The notes: generated by a model not told the origin, from the sequence alone. A stretch of DNA of 64,000 nt from Octopus sinensis (GCF_006345805.1 NC_042999.1:66464001-66528000); one strand, 5' to 3'; positions 13,370 to 26,548 are shown, counted from the first letter of the stretch. Program-made: numbers and translations.

Positions 13370-13378
<9 letters not shown>
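12335..13378. mobile_element. 471-bp unit in partial tandem (12335-12805, 12806-12970) plus inverted copy (12971-13378), flanked by (TA)n
   Basis: agcattaaggacaactacttaat at 12335 and 12806; 12971-13378 is the reverse complement of ~12447-12850. Confidence 0.9.
13181..13228 (+). ncRNA. type I hammerhead motif (C3-G8); mirror copy at 12595-12641 on minus
   Basis: aggcctg CTGATGA t tac gtaa gta t GAAA tcac t gtga T A caggtct; stem I 7 bp, stem III near-palindrome; U.U at 10.1-11.1 is non-canonical. Confidence 0.65.
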
Positions 13379-13416
<38 letters not shown>

Positions 13417-13462
13417 CAATAAATGGTGGGGTTGTGTTGACCGCACGTGGAGAAATGATAAG

Positions 13463-13832
13463 TAAGGAAACATTTTTTTAAAAATGCAGAATGCTCAAAT
13501 GAAAGAAAATTTTAATAAAATGAGAAATTGATAAAATATAAAAATATATATTTAATCAACCGGTTTTCGTCATTGTATGACTTGTCAAGAATATTTATGT
13601 TTTAAAAATTTTTTTTTAAATTAGAAGAGGAAAGAAAGAAAATTGCATTGTTTTTTGTAAAAGAATAATGATCTTTCTAATTTAAAAAAAAACTCTTTAA
13701 AGCATAAATATTTTGACAAGTCATACAATGACGAAAACCGGTTGAATAAATATATATTTATATATTTTATCAATTTCTCATTTTATTAAAATTTTCTTTC
13801 ATTTGAGCATTCTGCATTTTTTTTAAAATTTT

Positions 13833-13837
<5 letters not shown>
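13463..13837. mobile_element. fold-back element, ~164-bp arms and 48-bp loop, with a U3-A8 hammerhead motif in each arm
   Basis: 13463-13626 is the near-perfect reverse complement of 13675-13837; core TTGACAA gtca tacaa tgac GAAA accgg TT. Confidence 0.85.
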
Positions 13838-13875
<38 letters not shown>

Positions 13876-13876
13876 A

Positions 13877-13941
<65 letters not shown>

Positions 13942-13945
13942 GTTA

Positions 13946-13977
<32 letters not shown>

Positions 13978-14347
13978 TGAGGGAATAAAATCCAAACTTA
14001 CAAGGAAAAAGAAATTCAATTTAGAAATACCAAATCAAATTCCACACAATATGATATATATAAAATATTAGAAAAAAGCCACCTTTTATGAATTTAAAAT
14101 GAATAATTAAATTACACCATCTAGAAAATTACATATAATAGAAAAGTTAAAATTAAAATAACAATAAAAAGTAAAGATTAATTAAATTACAAAAATAATA
14201 TATTGTATATAATATATATACATGTGTGAGTGTCTGTGTGCACTTTATGCTCTTACACAAAAGCACATACACATGTATGTATATATATATAATATATATA
14301 CATGTATATATATGTATGTATTATATGTAATATGTATATATATATAT

Positions 14348-14415
<68 letters not shown>

Positions 14416-14700
14416 CTATATATATTACATGTGTGTGTGTATCATTTGCAATATCGTTATATTTATATTCCTTTTTAACAAAGCACAATCTTAGAAATAC
14501 ATGGGAAAGCAGGTAATCATTGTAATCGACTCACTACTTGACTGTTACTACTATTACTAGATTTTACCATGAAATGGAAAGTGGACATAGACATTATTTG
14601 AAAGTGTATACTTAGAACAAATAGCGCAATGTTCTTTATCCAACGCCCTGACAATTCTACCAATCGTAAGTGTTTATGTAGGCGCAACACCTGAAGATTC

Positions 14701-14777
14701 ATGAGGAAGGGTTTGCCAATAAATTCAATTCCAATTCTAGTTGGGGTCCTTCTTTTATTGATCACACCAAGTGAAAA
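14701..14777 (+). CDS. possible first coding exon encoding a signal-peptide-like leader (MRKGLPINSIPILVGVLLLLITPSE)
   Basis: ATG with an upstream in-frame stop, basic N-terminus plus hydrophobic core, followed by GTAAGT at 14778; no downstream exon identified. Confidence 0.2.
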
Positions 14778-14879
14778 GTAAGTTTGAGTTCGCAAGAATT
14801 CTAAACAAAAATTGCACGGCATTTTGAGTGAAGTTCTACCGATTCCACGGCAATAATTCTTTCTAATTTTGGCCTATGA

Positions 14880-15120
14880 CCAATAGTTTTGTGAGAGCCA
14901 GTCGACTATATCGGCCCCAGCAAATCTCCAGTACTTTATTTTATCGTTCCATACAAGACGAAAGGCAAAGTCGATTACGGTTTTATGATAATAATAATTT
15001 CTACTAAAGGCACAACGCATGATATTTTTATGGGAGTGGGCGGAGGCAAGTCGATTACGTCGGCTGATTCTTTAATTTTTCGACCCCGTACGACAGAAAG
15101 TTAAAAGTGGCCCCTGCAGT
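14880..15120 (-). mobile_element. degenerate SINE family B
   Basis: cagtactttattttatcg...gaaaggcaaagtcgat motifs. Confidence 0.55.
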
Positions 15121-15189
15121 GATTGAAGAACGTAAAGAGTCGCAACAAAGCTGCCAGACAGTTTGTCCAACGCAGTATCGATGCTAGAA

Positions 15190-15360
15190 GACGAAGACGA
15201 AGAAGAAGAAGAAGAAGGAGAAGAAGAAGAAGAAGAAGAAGAAGAAGAAGAAGAAGAAGAAGAAGAAAAAGAAGGAGAAGGAGAAGGAGAAGGAGGAGGA
15301 GGAGGAAAAGGAGAAGAAGAAGAAAAGAAGAAGAACAACAACAACAAGAAAACGAAGAAG
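15190..15360. repeat. (GAA/GGA)n microsatellite
   Basis: Direct inspection. Confidence 0.95.
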
Positions 15361-15439
15361 ATTGGAAGACTCATAAAAATAAAAGATTAAAAAAATACAA
15401 AAATGTTTCTTTTTGCAAGTGATAAATTTCAAAGTAGAA

Positions 15440-15810
15440 ACAGACTACGATGAAATAATAAACTAAGATAACAGGACAGAAATGGCTGGAAAAAAAACTG
15501 GAAATAAAACTATAACACATTTCAAGAAAAAATGAAAAGAAATACAACTCCACGGAAAATACTCTGCATAGCGCGATAGAGAGGATGTAAACCAAAGCTG
15601 TGAGGAATGGCTTAAATGCAGGAAAAGAGAGATATATCCTCGCTGCATACAACAACAAGAAAATCATAAAAAACGGATCCTAACACCATATGTAAAATAC
15701 GAAACCAATATGATGAGACAACTGACCACATCATTTCGGTTTACTTAGACCTCGAATCTGAATATACACAACGGTATGATCACGTTGGTAGCAACATTTA
15801 CTGGGCAATA
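15440..15810 (+). mobile_element. highly degenerate R4/Dong fragment (post-RT region to CCHC knuckle)
   Basis: Translates in pieces to LHGKY..., EEWLK..., DPNTICKIRNQYDETTDHIISV...YTQRYDHVGSNIYWAIYKC, matching the CxxC..ET..H / RHD..HW region. Confidence 0.45.
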
Positions 15811-15823
15811 TACAAATGTATGG

Positions 15824-16198
15824 TAGCGAGCTGGCAGAATCGTTAGCACGCCGAGCGAAATGCGTAGCCGTATTTCGTCTGCAGTTACGTTCTGTGTTCA
15901 AATTCCGCCGAGGTCGACTTTGCCTTTCATCCCATCGGGGTCGATTAAATAAGTACTAGTTATGCACTGGGGTCAATATAATCGACTTAATCCGTTTGTC
16001 TGTCCTTGTTTGTCCCCTCTATGTGTAGCCCCTTGTGGGCAGTAAAGAAATAGGTATTTCGTCTGCCGTGACGTTCTGAGTTCAAATTCCACCGAGGTCG
16101 TCTTTACCTTTCATCCTTTCGGGGTAGATTAAATAAGTACTCAACTCCTTTCTTCGCTCCCTCTATATTTTGACTCCTGTGGGCAAAAAAGAAATAAA
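15824..16198 (+). mobile_element. tRNA-SINE family B with internal duplication
   Basis: gcgagctggcagaatcgttagcacgccg head; the gtatttcgtctgc..gttcaaattcc..gaggtcg block occurs twice. Confidence 0.9.
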
Positions 16199-16467
16199 TA
16201 TACATATATACAGTTGTTAAAGCAAAGAACAAAAAATGGTACAAGCATAAGCCGAACACAGTACTTTACAACTACCAAGCAACAATAAGCTGGGGTAAGG
16301 CGCTCTACATTCCGAAAGACATCAAGGCGAACATTGAAGTCATAATAAGAGAAAAAAGACTAGAAAATAAACACATACAAACTGATGAACGTCGCAATAA
16401 TTTCTGATGAAAATATTACCCGAAAGGTAGGGGAAATACAGCTTTATATTTAAGAGGTGAGGGATTA

Positions 16468-16647
16468 TGTACATTATTTACATTTAACGGGTATTTGTCC
16501 TCATCTTGTTTGTTGTTGCTGATATAACCTTCAGCCTTCACCAAGGCTGGAGGGTATATCAGCCAGCCTGGAGATTATATCAGCCGGAACGTTGTGGTAA
16601 CAACAAACAAGATGAGGACAAATATCCGTCAAATGTAAATAATGTAA
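16468..16647. mobile_element. fold-back element with a hammerhead truncated at the turn
   Basis: tacattatttacattt..cgggtatttgtcctcatcttgtttgttg is inverted to caacaaacaagatgaggacaaatatccgtcaaatgtaaataatgta; stem II ggctg..cagcc retained. Confidence 0.75.
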
Positions 16648-17027
16648 ATAATATACAGAGAAAACAGTAGTATAACATGACTCAATAAACAAAATATAGC
16701 GATGCAGTACGCCAACAGAAGGAATCTATATTTCCCGTCTTCATAAAAATAAGAATACGAACGTAGCCCGAGTGATGCATCAGAAATTCGCCTAAAAGTA
16801 ACAGAAGAAAAGCGAATTTATAACAGTTATAATTTGGAAACTTCTTATTAGAAATAATTGACAAGATAATTGAAGAAAACCTGATGAAAATTATTTTAAT
16901 TTATATTTCAATATTTGATTTTGTCGAATCCATTTATTACTTTCAGCATCCTTACTTATTCAAATTCTATTACATATGAATAATTTATTTGGAATAATCG
17001 ATATTTCTGGCGCTTCTTAAGATTCTC

Positions 17028-17066
<39 letters not shown>

Positions 17067-17300
17067 TTCATTCATTTATTATTTATTTGTTTGTTTATTG
17101 TGCGTTTCTGAGTTGATGTTGTCCTGGTGGTTTTTGATATTGCTCAAGCTGTTGTTTTTCAAAATGGATCTCGAAAATGTATCATTTCGTCCAACAAGTC
17201 TGAGGCGGGCGCGTGCACGTATGTGTGTATGGATGTGTATGTACGAACGTATGTATATGTAGATAAGTAGATAGGTGTATGTATATATGTATATGTATAT

Positions 17301-17337
<37 letters not shown>

Positions 17338-17446
17338 TGTATGTATGTATATACGTACGTATGTTTATGTATATATGCATATATGTGTATGTATATTTAT
17401 TAATATATAGTGTTCATTTATGTATGCAAGTATATATATATATTTA

Positions 17447-17726
17447 TTCTTTTATTCTTGTATTGTTTTAGTCATTTGACAGCGGCCATACTGGGGCACC
17501 GCCTTTACTCGAGCAAATCAACAAAAGAGCTTATATTTTGTAAGCCTAGTACTTCTATCGGTCCCTTTTGCCGAACGGCTAAGTTACGGGGATGTAAACA
17601 CACCAGCATCGGTTGTCAAACGATGTTGGAGAGACAAACACAGACTCACAAACATATACACACATACATATATTATATATATATATATATATATTTATAT
17701 CTATATATCTATATGTATATACATAA

Positions 17727-17799
<73 letters not shown>

Positions 17800-18175
17800 T
17801 GTGTGTGCGTATATGTTTGTGTGTGTATATAAGCTCTGGGGTCGATTTCCTCGACTAAAGACGGTGCTAGAGCATGGCCGCAGTCAAATGACTGAAAGAT
17901 ACAAAAGAACAAAAGAATATATATATATATATATACATAAACGAGCATATATATATTAATAAATATACATACTCATATATATGCATATACATAAACATAC
18001 GTTCGTACATACACAGACATCCATCGGGCTTCTCCCAGTTTCAGTCTACCAAGTCCTCTCACAAGGCTTTGGTCAGCCTGACCGAGGCTATAGTAGAAGC
18101 TCCAAGGAGCCATGCCGTGGGACTGAACCCAGGGCCGTGTGGCTGGTAACCAAGCTACTTACCACACAGTCACTC
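17447..18175 (-). mobile_element. SINE family A (tail 17447-17650, head 18020-18175) with expanded internal TA array and a nested tail fragment at 17820-17915
   Basis: Matches the reverse complement of 42949-43400. Confidence 0.8.
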
Positions 18176-18573
18176 AGTTTTGTCTGTTACAGAAGTTTAG
18201 AAAATTGATAATATGTACGATTTTCTAGGAAAATATAAACTACGCATTAAAAACAAGTAACCAGAATCATGACGTCATGGAAATAAATTTATGCTTCAAC
18301 TTTGACGAACCAATATGGGAAGTAATGTGGTGAAAACCCGTAGCGAGAACTCCTGGCGAGCACATATTATTACCTGTGTTCGATTCCTGATTGCAAGCGT
18401 TTCCTTACATTCCTACATCTAATGGTATTGGCAACAAATGAATAACAGATTATTCTATTTCTCGACCGCACATCATATTCACTTAAAACTGAAATCAATA
18501 CGTTAGCTATGGATGGCGCTGTATTTTTATTTATTCATTTATATATTTACTATATTATCGTTTAAAATCCTCC

Positions 18574-18613
<40 letters not shown>

Positions 18614-18634
18614 TATCATTATTATTATTATTAA

Positions 18635-18668
<34 letters not shown>

Positions 18669-19106
18669 TATACTTTTTGCTCGTAAGGAACTATAGCGAA
18701 TCCTTCATGAAAACATTATTTTTGATAATGATGAAAGCGTCAACGTTTTTTTTTCTTCTTTGCTCTGTTTTATAGCTTAATTTTAATTTTAAGCTTTTTT
18801 CAAACGAGTGTACACAACATGTAAGGTTGAGGTGATATTTTAATTCAGATATAATTTACATTCCATTTCTTTGAAGATTCTGTTAGACAAATATGCATTA
18901 CTAAAAAAAAACACATTCGTTTCTGCTTACTTCCATTTCGCATTTTTCTAGGCAAATTGTCATTAATGTTTTCTGATCATATTCAGTTAAAATTCCTTAC
19001 TATGCACTTTATACCAAATGCTGCTACTGATGCAAAAATGAAAACCTCAAAACAACTATATATTTCAAAATATACATATATAAACAGCTGAACCTGTGTA
19101 TAGACG

Positions 19107-19255
19107 CAGGCGTGGACGAGTGGTTAGAACTTTTTTTCCCAATGATATGGTCCCAGGCTTAGTCCCACTGCATTCTAGGCAATTGTCTTTTACTATAGTC
19201 TGAAGTTAACCAAAGCCTTCTGAGCGGATTTACTTGACGGAAATAAGCCCGTTGT
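19107..19255 (+). mobile_element. SINE family A head
   Basis: gacgcaggcgtggacgagtggttag...ttagtcccactgc...gagcggattt..gacggaaa. Confidence 0.75.
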
Positions 19256-19263
19256 ATGTGTGC

Positions 19264-19308
<45 letters not shown>

Positions 19309-19323
19309 TATATATATATATAT

Positions 19324-19471
<148 letters not shown>

Positions 19472-19892
19472 TGTATTATATAAGGGCATTACTATACATA
19501 AATGCCTCACGCTAGGAGGGACCCCTAAAATCAGAACTACCATAATAAACACATTGTACGGAACGCGAGGAAGTGCAACTCTCGAAGCGACCCTTTTAAA
19601 AACAGATTCAGCCGCAGATCATGTGATTTCATAATTAGTGCAAAAAAGGCACTTTTTAATCGTCAGTGCAAGCTTAGTCAAGACACATGAAAATGAACAA
19701 AAATCAACATACAAGACAAACACTAAATGTATCCAACATAGTACATAGATATGTTCACACATATATCGATGTAAGAGGCGGGCTTTTCGAATTTTTCTGA
19801 AACTTCAGATTTTTCAATATGCTAGACCACTGGTTTTAAATTGATAATAATCAAATTAATATTCAATTTTTCACTTTTATTTTAAATATATA

Positions 19893-19944
<52 letters not shown>

Positions 19945-19971
19945 TATGTGTGTGTGTATGTGTGTGTGTAT

Positions 19972-20280
19972 GGAGGCGCAAATACCCAGTGGTTAGGGTA
20001 ACGGACTCGCAGCTGTAGGAACCCGGTTTCGATTCCCAGATCAAGCGTTGTGAGTGTTTATCGAGCGAAAACACCTAAAGCACCACGAGGCTCCGACAGG
20101 GGGTGGTGGCGATCTCTGCTGTACTCTTTTAGCCACAACTTTCTCTCACTCTTTCTTCTCTCGGCTTGCTCGCTTAGCCAGCGGGGTGGCGTCATTTGAA
20201 GGCTAAAACAGTGTGAAGAGCATTGTGACCAGCGATGTGTAGCAACATCTGATAGCCTGGTCGGTCACGTTGATCACGGT
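19972..20280 (+). mobile_element. full tRNA-SINE family C
   Basis: ggaggcgcaaatacccagtggttaggg...gtttcgattcccaga head plus tail ending gatcacggt. Confidence 0.9.
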
Positions 20281-20309
20281 AATATATATATGTTAGTGTG
20301 TGCATATGT

Positions 20310-20609
20310 GGAGGCGCAATGGCCCAGTGGTTAGGGCAGCGGACTCGCGGTCGTAGGATTGCGGTTTCGATTCCCAGACCAGGCGTTATGAGTGTTTATT
20401 AAGCGAAAACACCTAAAGCCCCACGAGGCTCCGGCAGGGGATGCTGGCGATCCCTGCTGTACTCTTTCGCTACAACTTTCTCTCACTCTTTCTTCTGTTG
20501 GCCTGCTCGCTTAGCCAGCGGGGTGCCGTCATTTAAAGGCTAAAACAATGCGAAGCGCATTGTGACCAGCGCTGTGTAGCAACAACTGATAGCCTGGTCG
20601 ATCACGGTG

Positions 20610-20610
<1 letters not shown>
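20310..20610 (+). mobile_element. second tandem full tRNA-SINE family C
   Basis: Same structure as 19972-20280. Confidence 0.9.
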
Positions 20611-20640
<30 letters not shown>

Positions 20641-20653
20641 ATATATATATATA

Positions 20654-20822
20654 TCATTTGTTTCTCTTCTTGTTCCTCTCCTTGTTTTCTCTGTGTCCCT
20701 TTCTGTAGAAGAGCGTAGGCTCGAAACGTAAAATACTTTTCTATTCCTGAGCGTTATACTAGTACATGTGTTGGATTTGTACACCACCTGTTTTCGTTTT
20801 TTGCTTTTTTCGTAAAATCTCC
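20654..20822 (+). mobile_element. TA-embedded mini-element with a hammerhead-like motif (A6U core)
   Basis: ttt CTGTAGA a gagc gtag gctc GAAA cg T A aaa at 20700-20733; (TA)n on both sides. Confidence 0.65.
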
Positions 20823-21374
20823 ATATATATATATATATATATGAGTGGGTATCTGCATTTATTTCCCGCCTCCGATTGTCGGTGTATTTACGACTCTGAA
20901 ATTTACCTTCAGATTGATATAAGCATTTGCGTTGGTATTTTTTCGACTAACATCCCTCAAGGCGTTTCCATAGTACCTATCTATTTATATCCCTCTCTCG
21001 GTCCTTCTTTGTGTATATGTGAGGGATGTACGTTCGTGTGTGTGTTTCTAACTATGACGGGTTTTATCATGAGGAATTCCACATGCACAGAAAAACCTGG
21101 TTCATCATCGGATTACCAGAAAAATTAACCCCAAACAATAGATTAAATATTTCAAACATTTTGGATACATCTCGTGGTTCTTGGTGCGAAGAGGTTAAGA
21201 AAATGAAACTTTCGTTAGCATTTCATTAACCTGCGCCATGAAGTTGTGATTTGAACACTAATACTAAACAAATGCAACGAGTCGTTTAGTTCTTTCTAGC
21301 AGCATCAGTTCTTTATCTCTTAATATTTTCTTTCGTCACTCTCTGAATATATTTACCTATTCACATATATATGT

Positions 21375-21655
21375 GGAGGCACATGGACTAGTGTTTAGAG
21401 CTGCGGACTCGGGGTCGAGGGATTGCAGGTTCGAATCTCAGACCGGGCGATGTGTGTGTTTATGAGTGAAGCACCTAAGCTCAACACGGCTCCGGAAGAA
21501 GGTAATGGCGAACTTTTGCTGACTCTTTCGCCACAACTTTCACTGACTCTTTCCTCCTGCGACTGACCGGCGTTCCGTCCAGGTGGGAAACCTATACGCC
21601 AAGGTAACCGGGAAACCGGCCCTTATGAGCCAATCATGACTCCAGAAGGAACAAA
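21375..21655 (+). mobile_element. SINE family C head with an alternative tail
   Basis: ggaggcacatggactagtg head; tail ggaaaccggcccttatgagcc...agaaggaacaaaca. Confidence 0.8.
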
Positions 21656-21749
21656 CATTCATATATATATATATATTTCGAAAAAAAATTTTATCAATGG
21701 CCAGCATATTAAAAAATACCTTTAAAGGTTAAATTATAAACACTTATAA

Positions 21750-21794
<45 letters not shown>

Positions 21795-22299
21795 TATATA
21801 TATATATATCCTCCACCCACTCGTCTCTCTCTTTCTGTGTCTCTGAGTCTCTCTCTCTCTCTCTCACTCTTTCTCTCCCTGTGCTTATCTGTTTAGCTAC
21901 CGAGTTATCTCTCTAACTTTAACCTGTTTTTATATCGTCCTACCTCTCGCTCTTGAGAATAACTTTTATCTATTATTATTTTTCTTTCTTCTGTTTCACC
22001 TTCCGCTTCTTATAACTCAAGTAGAATTTAATGATATTCTTGAAATATTTTATCAAGTATAACGAAGACATAGAACTTTCACTCGTTAAACAAGATCCTT
22101 AATTGATATTCTAACAGACAATCCATTAAAAAAAAACAATGAATTTTGGTATATGGCCCAATACTCGAACTTAACGTGCGTCTCCCTCCTTTAGTAATAA
22201 CTATCGACATTATGGCGATAGGATTAATGCTGGTAGCAAATATTTCCACACACACACCCTATGATTTTTAGCAATCATATTACACATAGTGATTGTGTT

Positions 22300-22428
22300 A
22301 GTAGTGGTGGTAATAAAAATGGTGGTGTTAGTATTACTAACGCTAGCAGAAATGGTAGTGACTTTGGTAGCGGTAGAGGTTATAACTGAGGTGATGGTAA
22401 CGATAGTGGAAGCAATAATGGTAGTATC

Positions 22429-22464
<36 letters not shown>

Positions 22465-23692
22465 CTGTTTGAAGTTATTGGATTCTGGGAATAGGTGTTG
22501 GTGATCAGGATTAACGCGGGGTGATGGGATTGGTTATCGTGGTTATGGTTGTCGTGGTTGTAGTAGTGGTGGTGGTGATGGTAGTAGTCATGGCGTTGGT
22601 GGTGATGGTGGTAGTAGTCATGGCGGTGGTGGCGATGGTGGTAGTAATCATGGTGGTGGTGGTGGTGGTGGTGTTTCTGATGGTCATGGTCGTAGTGGTG
22701 GTGGTGGTGATAGTAGCCATGGTGGTGGTGGTGATGATGGTAGTAATCGTGGCGGTGGTGGTGATGGTGGTAGTAATCATGGTGGTGGTGGTGTTTCTGA
22801 TGGTCATGGTGGTAGTGGTGGTGGCGGTGGTGTTTCTGATGGTCATGGTTGTAGTGGTGGTGCAGGTAGTGGTAGTGGTGGTGGTGATAGTAGTCATGGC
22901 GGTGGTAGTGATGCTGGTAGTAATCATGGTGGTGGTCGTCGTCGTGGTGTTTATAGTGATCGTAGTGGTAGTCGTAGTGGTGGTACTAATCATGGTGGTG
23001 GTGGTCGTGGTGTTTATGGTGGTCGTGGTCGTAGTGGTGGTGGTGGTAGTAGTCATTGTGGTGGTGGTGATGGTGGTAGTATTATTGGTGGTGCTGGTGA
23101 TAGTGGTAGTAATCATGGTGGTGGTTGTCGTGGTGTTTATCGTGATCGTAGTCGTAATCGCAGTGGTGGTGGGGGGTAGTGGTCATGGTGGTGGTGGTGA
23201 TGAGGGTGATGGTGGTTATGGTGGTCGTGGTAGTCGTGGGGGTGATGGTGGCAGTAGCATTCAGGGAGGTGGTGCTTGTAATAACGGTTGTAGGAATGGC
23301 GATAATAGTACTTGTGACAATGTTATTGACTGTTGCAGTATTCATAACGGTGAGGAGGAGTGAGTGGCACGGAGAGAACGGCAGAAATATGGACGGTGAT
23401 GTGTTTTTTTTTTCACTGGGTTTGGCAGGTGGGATTATTTGCTTGTCATCTTAATAATCTTGCGGCTGATTTTAGCCTTGCAACAGCTGCTGCTGCTGAT
23501 GATGATTATCATGATAAAAATGATCATGACGATCGTTATCAGCAGAAGCAGCGGCGGCGGCAGCAGCAGCAGCAGCAGTAGGATCATCGGCATGAACCTC
23601 AGTATGGTGGCGATGATGACAAAGCTGATGATGACGGTGATGATGATGATGATGATGATGATGAAGACGACGACGACGACGATGAAGACAAC

Positions 23693-23726
<34 letters not shown>

Positions 23727-24250
23727 CTGACGACGACGACGACGACGACAAAGATGATGATGGTGGTGGTGGTGGTGGTGGTGGTGGTGATGGCGATGAT
23801 GATGATGATGATAGTGTTGCTGGTGATGGTTGTGGTGGTGTGCTGAGACGATGACAGTGATGATGATGATGATGATGACGACGACAACGATGATGATAGT
23901 GGTGGTGGTGGTGATAGTAATGATGATGATGATGATAGTGTTGCTGGTGATGGTTGTGGTGGTGCTGCTGAGATGATGATAGTGATAATGATGATGATGA
24001 CGGCGGCGACGATGACCCTAGCCACGATAACAATGTCGAGAATGTTGATGTCGGCAACGTCGATTACGATGATGATGACGATGGTGAGGAAGAGGAAGGG
24101 CGGGAGGAAAATACAGAGGATAACAAGGATGATGGTGACGATGATGACAAGGAGGGAAGAAGAAGAGAAGGACGTGGAAAGGAGGGAATGGGGTGGAGTA
24201 TAGGGGGAAGGGGGAAGGATGGGAGGTGTAGAGCGGGATCAGAGATCGTA
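22300..24250. repeat. composite (GGT/GTA/GAT/GAC/CAG)n triplet array with higher-order units
   Basis: Direct inspection; ~120-bp internal duplication at ~23808 and ~23930. Confidence 0.9.
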
Positions 24251-24352
24251 TGCAGTAAAAATTGTTGCCGCATTGATTCCATACATAGATATAGCATAAA
24301 CCTTTTGAATTAAAATGGAAGCGTGATCGGCAAACTAATATCCAATAGATAC

Positions 24353-24389
<37 letters not shown>

Positions 24390-24968
24390 CCAAAGTTCCG
24401 TCTACTCCCAGACGAAAATTGATCTATTAGGCTCTATTCTATTTCAGTGCAAGAAAATTTCATTCGATGTCACTCATAAACAACACCGACTCAGCTTTTA
24501 TCTCACTGTTAAAAACAACTGAAGTTCGTCGGTGTTCTACAGTATTGCTGTATGAAAGAAACACGTTCTCTTATTTCTCTGTGGAGTCATTGTAGATATG
24601 AAAGAAATGTGAAATTACCCTGACAGCTATATATTTGTATGTATATGTATATGTATTTATGTTTGTATGTGTATATATATATATATATATATATTTATAC
24701 TTATATATATATACATACATACATATGCGTATGTATACATCAATATACAAATATATATCGGTATATTACATATACATATCTATGTTTTTACACACACATA
24801 TGTCTATATGTGAGTGTGCGTGAGTGTGTATGTATGTGTGTGTGTGTGTATGTGTGTATACACATACATATTCGTGTATAGTATATATGGCTGTGTCTCG
24901 CAATAAATTTCCCCCAGAGAAATTTCCTGCATACATATGTTTGTTTGCGTACGTGTGTTTGTACTAGT

Positions 24969-25030
<62 letters not shown>

Positions 25031-25562
25031 GTGTGCGCGCGCGTGTTTGTGAGTGTACATACATATCCTTGGGAGAGATTAGCGAAGCCTAAGGTTAATT
25101 GGCTGAAAGTAATAGCGTAGAAAATGGCGAATGATAGAACTTTTTTGAATTATTGTGGAGGGTAGATTCTTTTTCTTTTTTTATTCCTTATACTTCTAGC
25201 GCCATCTTATTTCTTTTGAAAACAACACCCAAAATGTGAATAAAGAATAATAATTTACTTACAAAGAATTTCTTTTCCACCTATACCCTATATAGCTTAT
25301 TCGACTGAGTTGCCTTGAAAGAAATACGACGCTAGCATGACATATTTCGTGGACTAAAAATTAAAAGATATTTACTGGGAGCGATTTCACTATAGAAGCA
25401 ATACATTGGTTATATATAAAACAGAACGCAACACATATTAAAAACGTACACACATACAATTAAGGGATTCGGATATTATTATTATTATTATTGTTATTTA
25501 CTTTTAATCTGCATGTTTGTTGCAATCATTATTTATTATTATTATCATTATTATTATTACTA

Positions 25563-25596
<34 letters not shown>

Positions 25597-25637
25597 CATC
25601 ATCATCATTATCATCATCATCATTATCATCATCATCA

Positions 25638-25690
<53 letters not shown>

Positions 25691-26047
25691 GCTATTTTGT
25701 GTGTGTGTGAATATCGATAGATCAAGGAAACTTGGATCTAATATCGTGTCAAAGACATTCTCAATAGACTAATCATGAAAACCCCTCTTTAGAAGAATAT
25801 TTATGAACATAGAACATTCTGTCAAATGCTATACAGCTCTCTGATCTTTATATTCTCAATCCATTCACTTCACAGGCAATATTAAAGAGGAACTGAAATA
25901 ATTGCTTAAGAGTGCATTGCAATTTTTTTTTATTTAGCTCACTAACCTCAATGAATCAAAGTAAAACTGACCTAATATGATTTCTTAGATATTTATGGGA
26001 TTTTTCTTAATTTTTGTTTTTGCTTGTCATTTTTAGTTTATATTAGA

Positions 26048-26215
26048 TGCAGGCGTAGCTGTATGGTAAGAAGCTTTCTTCCCAACCACATGATTCCTGA
26101 TTCAGTCCCACTGCGGGGCACCTTGTGCAAGTGTCTCCTGCTATGGCCTCAGGCTGACTCAATCTTTGAGAGTGAATTTGTTAGAGGGAAACGAATATAC
26201 AGCCAACCCACGAAC
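26048..26215 (+). mobile_element. SINE family A head
   Basis: gatgcaggcgtagctgtatggtaag...ttcagtcccactgcggggcaccttgtgcaagtg. Confidence 0.8.
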
Positions 26216-26443
26216 TAACAACATACACACTTTCTGTATGTATGTTCGATTTTGTTTATATATCTTGAGCTGCTTTTAATTTCTATTAGAATTTTTCCGT
26301 GGCATGAAACTTTGGGATATGCTAGCAGATAGTTGTTAAACCATTTAGCATATAGTCATACTACTACTACTACTACTACTACTACTAATAATAATAATAA
26401 TAATATAATAATATAATAATAATAATATAATAATATAATAATA

Positions 26444-26477
<34 letters not shown>

Positions 26478-26548
26478 TATAATTATAATAATTATAATAA
26501 TTATAATAATTATTATTATTATATACATATATATATATGTGTGTGTGT

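Noticed and set aside
16405-16435. CTGATGA..cgaaaggta
   Set aside because: Stem II does not pair.
19785-19830. Minus-strand TTGAAAA followed by a tctgaa/ttcaga hairpin
   Set aside because: No unpaired GAAA in register after the stem.
24482-24536. Imperfect hairpin aacaccgac..gtcggtgtt (pre-miRNA-like)
   Set aside because: Only 9 contiguous pairs and large bulges; plausible by chance.
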